Below are positions 54,856 to 64,000 of a DNA stretch of 64,000 nucleotides, piece after piece. Both the position numbers and the translations under genes were made by a program. Each line of letters starts with the position of its first letter. Within the stretch, counting starts at the first letter, position 1. Source of the DNA: the human T2T-CHM13v2.0 reference genome, Homo sapiens. Location: the NCBI RefSeq assembly GCF_009914755.1, contig NC_060935.1; one strand, 5' to 3'. Under the pieces are notes generated by a model. It was not told the origin of the DNA. It saw only the letters and a program-made list of their open reading frames with translations, and did no database searches.

Positions 54856-55830
54856 TGGGATTATATAAGGTATAAGTAAATTTCTCAAGGTTATTGACCT
54901 TGGCAGTAGCAGGCCAGAAATTCCAACCCAGGTCTAGTTGCCTCCAAAGAATCTCCTCCTCCATAGTGAGGTGGGTCTGCCTAAAATAGGAAGCAATAAA
55001 TGGTACCAAGAGCACAGTGCATGTGTGTTGTTGATCACAGTACAGATTATTTTTTTCTATTGCAGTTTTTTTTTTTTTTTCTGAGCCAAGATTTTTACAG
55101 GTTTTTATTGGATACCATGATGTTGTAGAAAACATAGTTGGTTATAATGGAAGATAAACCTGGAGGCCCACACATTTCATAAACATACTTTGACAATAAG
55201 CCTGCCAAATACGTATTTAATCCCTTCTAGATGAAGGGACTATCCTTGTTCAAAAAGGGCTGTCTAATATACTTATCCTCCCACAAGTCTGTGGACCAGG
55301 GCAAAGTGTAAGGTAAATAATCATTCTGGTTTGCCTGGGATGGAGGGGGATCAGTCTCCTCGGTGGGACTTTCAGGGCTGAAGCCAGAGAAGTCCTGGGG
55401 TAATGAATGCATTGGTTACCCTAGATAAAAAGATCGTTTTCATTTTTAGTTGAGGAAACTCGGATGTAGACACGTAACTAGCACAAGGGCAGGGCCAACA
55501 TTCAATTACCATTTCAATTTTCTGACTCAAAGTCCAGTGCACAACCCACCAAAAGATTACGAGCAATTTATTTTAGTAAAGTGAAGAAATTTTAAATGAC
55601 TTAGGACTAAATGTGCACTGTCATGCAGTACAATAGACTGGGACGATAATCTAGCTAGTTTCTAAGCCAGAAAAAATGCTCATATCTGAACATTCTCTAG
55701 TTTAAATGTACTAATTTTTTTCTAATGGCTAATGTAGAATGAACATTTTAGGAGTCCACCAACTCTCTTAGATTTAAAATATTATATTTTATTTACAATC
55801 ACACTATTATATTTTACTTACTGTCAATAA

Positions 55831-56190
<360 letters not shown>

Positions 56191-56400
56191 TGATAATCTG
56201 TAGGTATTTATGTCAGTGAGGACATGCAGCTGTGTTTTAAGGGAGTGATCTGAGGTACTCATATAATTTAAATTTGGAAAAAAATATCAAATGCGTCAAA
56301 GTGGAAAATTAAATTTTGGGGGAGATCCTCTTGCAATTTTAAAACCAGTAGTGCTCAGAAACTTTCTTGTTTGCAACAGCATACATGGACCTGGAGTATC

Positions 56401-56600
56401 TCTCCTTTAAAAACAAGAAAAAAAAAATTTATCCGGGCGTGGTGGCGGGAGCCTATAGTCCCAGGCTGAGGCAGGAGAATGGCGTGAACTCGGGAGGCGG
56501 AGCTTGCAGTGAGCCGAGATCGCGCCACTGCACTCCAGCCCGGGCGAGCTGCAGAGCGAGACTCCGACTCCGTCTCAAAAAACAACAACAACAACAAAAA
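56401..56600 (+). mobile_element. 5'-truncated AluY (right arm) with (CAA)n tail
   Basis: ggagaatggcgtgaac, ggagcttgcagtg AluY diagnostics. Confidence 0.9.
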
Positions 56601-59600
56601 GTATCAAGAATATGTAGCTGGAGTGCAAACTCAATCTATATTTTCAAAGAAAAAAAGGAGGAAAGCAGTAAATGGAAAATGATTTGTATAAATGCAAAGA
56701 GATCTAAACAAATCAACACACATTTGTCTTAGTATAGAAAAAAAAAATGATTAGCCCATAGCATTCTCTTCAGGACAGTTTCTTCTAAAAAAATAAGAAG
56801 AAATCACATAAGGGTTTAATGCATTTCTGTATCTCAATTCCCTTTAGGCAAGAGTGAAGATAATATTTTTGGAAAACTATATGACAGGAGAGTGGCACTA
56901 CCAAGGAAAAAGACCATGGTAGCAGGGATGCCTATGAGAATGAAAAAAACAACAGCATGCATTTCTAAAGTAATATATCTTATATACTGTGTAACTAATA
57001 AGGAAGAGTAAAACAGATAAGGAAGAACAGAATCTGATTTAATTACTTTCCCAACCACAAATAAACAATAGGCCTTTGAACAGATGTTTTCCCTTTTGCG
57101 ATCTTATTTGCTACAAATGTCTTTAGTCCTTTACATTGTCCTTTTCATAGCAACATGACACTCAGGTGGAATTATTAGAGCGTTGTACCAGTAGTGAATC
57201 CTAGAGGATGCAGGTCCAGTTCAGCCATGAGATGTCAAGGCCATACTCTGGGTATTTGCTTCAATAATCATGAGTGAACACAGAGAGGTTTTCAGCCTGG
57301 AGAATCAGAGGTTAAATCCCTGTGTTCCCTGTACTAGCTCACTCGACTCTGAAAGATTTGAAAATTACCAGAATTACATTTTTTGTCCTCTGAATTGATT
57401 TTCTTCCAGAGGAGACACCTGCCCCTAACAGTCTCCAGAAATGGCATCATTAGGTGCCATTTAATTAAACATACCAATAAATTGTGGCCATTTTTGAAGG
57501 AATTGGAAGGATTTTCAGAAATGCCAAACTCATACAACTCGGATAATTTTTTAGTGTATATCAATCAAAACAATGAATGAGTAAAGTATTTTTATTTTTT
57601 TCTCCAGGGGTAGGATCAGTTGATACCTGAGACTGAATTTGAAATCAAGAGAGCATTTCACTCTGTCCGATACTAAGGACTTGTTTCTTTCTTATGGTGA
57701 ACAAGAGCAAAAATAAAATTATTTCACAAGTTCTTATTCCATTATTCACAAATATCTTTATATTTTGGAGGATTAGGCAATGTCCAAAGTAAAGTAGTTG
57801 AACAAACATTTGGGTCAGGATGCTATCAGAGGCTTTGCAACCACTTCTCAGTTACTGATATCTTTTATTTCTGTTATATTCATTTGATTAGGCATGGACA
57901 AGTTTTCATCCAATTCAAGGTTGTGAAGCTTTTATTTTCACTTTTACCTAAGGCAAAGCCTTTGATTATATCCAAGGAACATCTACAAAATTGCAATGCT
58001 GAGAAACTTCACACTTTGTTATCTTACATACTACTGACCACGGAAAGAGGATAGTATTATTGCTAATAATCATTTGTCCATTTGTTCATTAATTGAACAA
58101 TTGTTTAATCAGTGTCAATTACCAGGCATTGATCTAGAGACCGAGGTTATAGCAGTAAATATATTATTCTCCTCATGGTTCTTACACTCTGTTTTAGAGA
58201 GATAGGAAAAATACACAATATTATGTGCTATATAATACTACTATGGAGAAAAGTAAGGGAGAGAAAGATTGGGAAAGAAAAGCTGGGAGACATTATTAAG
58301 TGCTCTATATAGAATAATCTTTATACTCAAATTATTAATCAGAATATATATAATATATATTAATAATTTGGGTATATATAATATATAAAACATATGGCAA
58401 AATACACAGAGGATATCTGATCTAAGAGAGCTATATTAACTTGCACAAGATCACTTATTTATTAATTCACAGAACTATAATTAAGCTCTGGATTTTTATT
58501 ATGCTGAGGTCTGAAGTTGCTAGGGATTTTTAATGCGTCCTTAGTATGTTTGTTCTTAATAGAAATGGTCTTCAAGATGATAATCCATCCCATGGGCTCA
58601 ACATTATTTCTACAATGTTTTCTCAAAGATTAGTTTATTCCATGGACCAGGGGCAATAAAATAAATTGAAAATATGCTAGTTATTTATTTCTCCCATTAA
58701 GACTGCAAATTTAAAAATAATATTTTCTTTTTAACCAAAATAAGTTAGAAAAATCTTCCCTGCCCCAAATAAAATATACTATTAGCTTAAGTGACTACAA
58801 TTAGAAAAAATAATGCTTACATTCACGTGTTCTAGAGCATCTTGTTTTTGCAAGTTTCTTTTCTCTTTTTGTCAATTAAACACTTCTAGATCAGCACCAA
58901 AATCTTTCTTAGAGAATTTAAATTGCAAAACACAGCTACAGAAGTGTAGATTTCTCCAGCTACTTTTTGACAACCACCAGGGATGGGGATGGGGGAGACT
59001 ACTCCCTGCAGTCTCCAATTTCTCTTCAGCACAACCCAGCAGGTTGACTTACAACTCGTAATAGGACAGTGGGACTCTCATTTCAGCTTTTTATTTTCCT
59101 TTGTCGGCATCTTCATTTTATTTCTCCTTGATTATTTTGAGCAGAAGAAACTCTTGAGAAATCTGTGCAATTCCTGTCTTCTCTATTGTTGATACCAAGG
59201 CCCCTTAACCTCTACAAAGGCACTCCTTTGGCATATGCTCCAGGTTTGGAACCCCTTTCTTCACCTCTCTTGCTACCAAAAGCTATTTTCAGCAAACTGC
59301 CACAGTGGGAATGAGCTGACAGATTAATACCAGATTCCAATGCAGGTGACTCTGCGTGGTGGTGAATGCTAGGAGCTTGTTGCCACCCTAAGCTAAGTAG
59401 CAAAATTTTCTTAACTAGACCATTTTCGGGTTGAAACTGGGTTCATTCTCATTATTTCTTTGATATTGAGGTGCAATTTATATGCTGTAAAATTTACCCT
59501 TTTTAGGAGTACACATCTATAAGCATTTACAAACCTATTACAATCAAGATATAGAATATTTACTTCCATCCCTCAAATTGTCTAGTGCCCCTTTGTACTC

Positions 59601-59617
59601 CATCCTAAACCCCTACT

Positions 59618-60665
59618 GTTTTTTATTTCCTTATGTCTTCTAAAAAATAATGGGATACATGTGCAGAATGTGCAGGTTTGTTACACAGGTATATATGTGC
59701 CATGGTGGCTTGCTGTACCTATTGACCTGTCCTCTAAGTTCCCTCCCCTCACCCCCACCCCGCAACAGGCCACAGTGTGTGTTATTCCCGTCTCTGTCCA
59801 TGTGTCCTCAATGTTCAACTCTCACTTATGAGTGAGAACATGTGGTGTTTGGTTTTCTGTTCCTGTGTTAGTTTGCTTAGGAGGATGGCTTTCAGCTTCA
59901 TCCATGTACCTGCAAAGAACATGATCTCATTCCTTTTTATGGCTGCATAGTATTCCATGGTGTATATGTACCATATTTTCTTTATCCAGTCTATCATTGA
60001 TGGGCATTTGGGTTGGTTTCATGTCTTTGCTATTGTAAATAGTGCTGCAGTAAACATACATGTGCATGTGTCTGTAGAGTAGAATGATTTATATTCCTTT
60101 GGGTATGTATCTAGTAATGGGATTGCTGGCTCAAATGGTATTTCTGACTCTAGATCCTTGAGGAATCACCACACTGTCTTCCACAATGGTTGAACTAATT
60201 TACATTCCCACCAACAGTGTAAAAGCGTTCTTATTTATCCATAGCCTCACCAGCATCTACTGTTTCCTGACTTTTTAATAATTGCCATTCTGACTGGTAT
60301 GAGATGGTATCTCACTGTGGTTTTGATTTGCATTTCTCTGATAATCAGTGATGCTGAGCTTTTTTTCCACATTTTTTTGGCCATATAAATGTCTACCTTT
60401 GAGAAGTGTCTGTTCATATCTTTTGTCCAATTTTTGATGAGGTTGTCATTTTCTTGTAAATATGTTTAAGTTGCTTGTAAATCCTGGATATTAATCCTTT
60501 GTCAGGTGTGTAGACTGCAAAAACTTTCTCCCATTCTGTAGGTTGCCTGTTCACTCTCATGATAGTTTCTATTGCTGTACAGAAGCTCTTTTAATTAGAT
60601 CCCATTTGTCAATTTTGGCTTTTGTTGCAACTGCTTTTGGCATTTTTGTCATGAAATCTTTGCCC
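59618..60665 (-). mobile_element. 5'-truncated L1PA8/8A-like element inserted in an older L1M fragment
   Basis: cttctaaaaaataatgggatacatgtgcag 3' end; ORF 59815..59997 is the ORF2 C-terminus; TSD aaacccctact at 59607-59617 / 60666-60676. Confidence 0.94.
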
Positions 60666-60864
60666 AAACCCCTACTTTTAACTATTGACAACTAACTACT
60701 GGATTGATTTTTCCCCTAATGGTTTTATTGTTTCCAATTTGTTTTGTGAATGGAATTATATAGTACAAAATATGTCTGATCACAGAATTTCTCTCCTTAA
60801 ACCATTTTAATGGCTTTTTACTGAATAAAACAATAATTTTCTCATGAGGACTTATGGACCCTGC

Positions 60865-61320
60865 TGTTGTAGGTAGAATTATTAATATATCCCCAAAGCT
60901 AAGCTAAAGCACTAACCTCTGGAATTTGTGCATATGATCGTCTGTGGAAATAGGGTCTTTGCATATTTAATTAAAATGCATATTATGATGAGAGCATACT
61001 GGAACGGGTGGGTCCTTAATCCAATATGCTGATGTCCTTGTAAGTAGAGAAGACACAGAGACAGAAACACATAGAGGAGAATGCTATGTGAAGAAACAGA
61101 CATGCAGAGGGAAGATGGTAGCAGAGATTGAGGTCATGCAGCTGCAAGTCAAGGAATGGCAAGTATTGCTAGCAGCCCCCCAAAGCTAGGAGCAAGGGCA
61201 TGGACCCGCCAACACCGTAATTTCCAACTTCCAGCCTCCAGAAATGTGAGAGAACAAATTTCTGTTTTTCTAAGCCACCTGTAAGGTACTTTGTTTAAAA
61301 AGCCACAAGAAACTAACACA
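60865..61320 (+). mobile_element. MLT1C/B-like solo LTR inside an L2 remnant
   Basis: ggaaatagggtctttgca...aactaacaca; TSD cctgc / cctgt. Confidence 0.85.
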
Positions 61321-61731
61321 CCTGTCTATGTGCTTAACCCTATCTCACTCTGTTCTTCTTTTAGTTGGGACTTCCAAGTTGCTTGGGTTTTCATCAGCTA
61401 ATCTAATCCATGGTATCTGTCTCACCTCAAATCCTTTAAATGTGTTGTTTCCTCTTCCGGGAATATTCTGTCTTCTATTCTTTGCCTAGTTAAAAATCCT
61501 ACTCATCTGTCAAGCCTCAGCTGAAATGTCATTTTATCAGATAAGAATTCCTTGATCTCCTGAAATAAATGAGGCTGATTTGCATCACTTGCTCTCTAAC
61601 CTTTTCCTTCACAGCATTCATTTCAATTTATAATTAAGTAACTGTTGGGCTATTTATTTACCATTTGTTTCTCACAGTAAAATGTAAGCTCTGGGGACAA
61701 AGTCCCTGTTATTTTGTTCCCAATCGTGCAT

Positions 61732-61733
<2 letters not shown>

Positions 61734-61782
<49 letters not shown>

Positions 61783-61797
61783 TGTGTGTGTGTGTGT
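61734..61797 (+). repeat. Compound (GA)~23(GT)~8 microsatellite
   Basis: Directly visible; sits in the L2 3' end. Confidence 0.97.
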
Positions 61798-62707
61798 TTA
61801 AGAAAATTTAATTCAGCATCTCCAACTTTTATTCCTGAAAAGAAAATCTCCAAGAAATAAAAAAAAAAAAGCTGATCCTGGAGATTCTCTTCCTTTGCCA
61901 CCTTCACCTCTATTCTAGCTCTAGAGTTCTCCTTTCCTATAGCTCTAATGTAAACAAGAACAAAATTAACAAAAAACCCTACACTAGACTTCCCTAAACA
62001 CTAATGAGGCAGAGTGAAATATTTCAAAGATATATACTAAACCCTAAGTGGATGCAAGATTTTAATGCCATTTGATAGCTGGTTGATAAGAGGTTAATAC
62101 ACAAAACTCAAATTACCTACTTTATAACGTTCAAATCTATTATATCACCACCATTTTAGATATTCTATCTCAAGATACAGCCCCCATGAATGCCTTTTGA
62201 GAAATTATGCTAATACTATGGTTCAGATAACGAAAGAAAAATCTCCAAATTGTATCCCACCAAGGTCAACCCTTTAAAAGTCTTGCTTTCTGCCTGAGAC
62301 ACAGAATTTGTCTCTATGTGACTAACCTCAGAAGTAAGTATTCTTTTACAAAACATCCCCTCCCCACACCCCTCTATATGCATGAAGGTGTCATATCGTC
62401 ATTATGTAGTAAGTTTTATGATAGTATACCACATCATAAACATAGAATCTTTTAAGCAGTAGTTTCATATATTCTCACTAATAAGGGCTTCCTTGCGTCA
62501 ATACTTTGCATTGAAATTTTTGAAAGAAAATCAACTGTTTTGTTTTATCTCCATGGTGCTAGTACAGTGCTGAGTACACAGTATATGGTGAGATAATCCA
62601 TGTTGACTTGAATCGATATTCACCATTTCTTATCTGGACTCTCTCCATAGGAATGTCTTCCTGAATGCTTATGCTAACTTTAATTTTATGAGCTTACAAT
62701 TTTGTTT

Positions 62708-62738
<31 letters not shown>
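62708..62738. repeat. (TA)n microsatellite
   Basis: Directly visible. Confidence 0.9.
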
Positions 62739-64000
62739 CTACTGACAGCAATTTATCTTACTGAATATACAGAACATATAAGTGTATATATATGATCAGA
62801 ACATGTAGAAGGAAACTATCAAGATTAACATTGGTTGACATTAGGTTCTGGGAGTCTTAGTTTTTATCTTTAAAAAAAGTGAACTTTAGAATAAAAAAAA
62901 GAAGAAAAGAAAACTGAACCTTTAATCTGAGGAAAATTAGAGTGCTCTGGCAGTACCTGGGTTAGGGTAAGCAAGGAGATTTGCCTTTTACATAGAACTT
63001 TGAGCTAGCTGGACTATGTGTTTCGAGGGCTACAGAAAGGTCCATGATGGTTTACCTCAAAGCCCTTTTCAGGATGGAGATGGTATATCATTATGTAAAT
63101 TAGACCTACATCAGGGTGTTAGGTCATGTGCTAGTACCAGGAAGAAAAAAAAATCCTGATATAATAGTACACATCCTGTTTCCATCAGAAGACAAAAAGT
63201 TGTTTGTACATGTGGGTAACCTGTCAATGGTCATACTGGTCTAGCTTTGGTGGACCAAAATGATGGGCATTTCAAATTTAGGAAAAGAATACTTTAAGAA
63301 AGCAACTGAAGAGTTTTTTTACTTGTGATTTTAAACACAGAAATGCAACTTTTCCCCCATCATCAACTTGATGAACTGGGAAAATACATTTTAGAAGCTA
63401 TAAATGCCTCAAAACGAAGAGAACACTCTTCTGCCAGAGTGGAAAAATGATGAACTGCAGAAGACATGGATAGTCATAAATTCTCATAGGTCAGAGGTTA
63501 GTGCCAGTGCACTTTCTCACAGAAAATCACTAACTCACAAATCTGTATGTAAAAATCCAGAAGGAGATGCTGATGAACTCAAAGTTATGTATCTTAACTC
63601 TACATTCTAGCTATGTAAAGCCTAAAGCACATTTTAATTTATTGAAAAATAAAATAAATAGAAGGACATAAGAGAACATCACCAAGATCATTAGGAAACC
63701 CAATGTCAAGCCCTGGCCCTGTCTTTTACTGGTTCTACAAATGGACACTTAAAAACTTGAAAGATATAAGATAAAATATATAAATCATATTAACAAATTT
63801 AAATAGAGAAACAAACCCTCCTAACATAAGACAAGTATTGTTATATTGGTCAAATCAATATTCAGTCATATGCAGTTGGTAGGAGTCTCACTGCAAACAA
63901 AATATTATATTAAGATTCAGAATAAAACTAAAAGTGAGTATACAAGAGAAATCCAAGCAACAACAAAATCACATCCATGGTAAAAGAATTAAATGGGATA

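Noticed and set aside
62958-62971. gggttagggtaag telomere-like word
   Set aside because: Fewer than two full units; expected by chance.
63404-63610. 68-aa ATG ORF in non-repetitive sequence
   Set aside because: No recognisable domain, promoter or splice context; the length is expected by chance in 64 kb.

Overview
AT-rich primate genomic DNA, human-like (Alu J/S/Y, L1PA and THE1/MST LTRs are present). I find no supportable protein-coding gene, RNA gene, CpG island or CRISPR array; the window looks intergenic or deep-intronic. Roughly half is recognisable transposable-element relics: four 5'-truncated L1s (one with a twin-priming inversion), about 10 Alus, a near full-length Tigger1, a Charlie1a carrying a nested MER1A, a two-LTR MSTA (MaLR) provirus nested in an older MLT1 LTR and itself hit by an Alu and a THE1 LTR, several solo LTRs, and MIR/L2/L3 remnants. 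The ORF-track entries with a recognisable origin are TE remnants or simple-repeat artefacts; the rest are short with no identifiable product. The most interesting observations are: (i) a 40-nt hairpin matching the 5' end of an ERV1-type LTR transcript, retroposed with its own A-tail and TSD (45307-45380); (ii) a compact L1 3' transduction (38789-39027); (iii) back-to-back THE1/MSTA LTR promoters with a perfect DUX4 motif; (iv) several hairpins and template-switch scars. Subfamily names come from my recall of consensus sequences, not from a database search.
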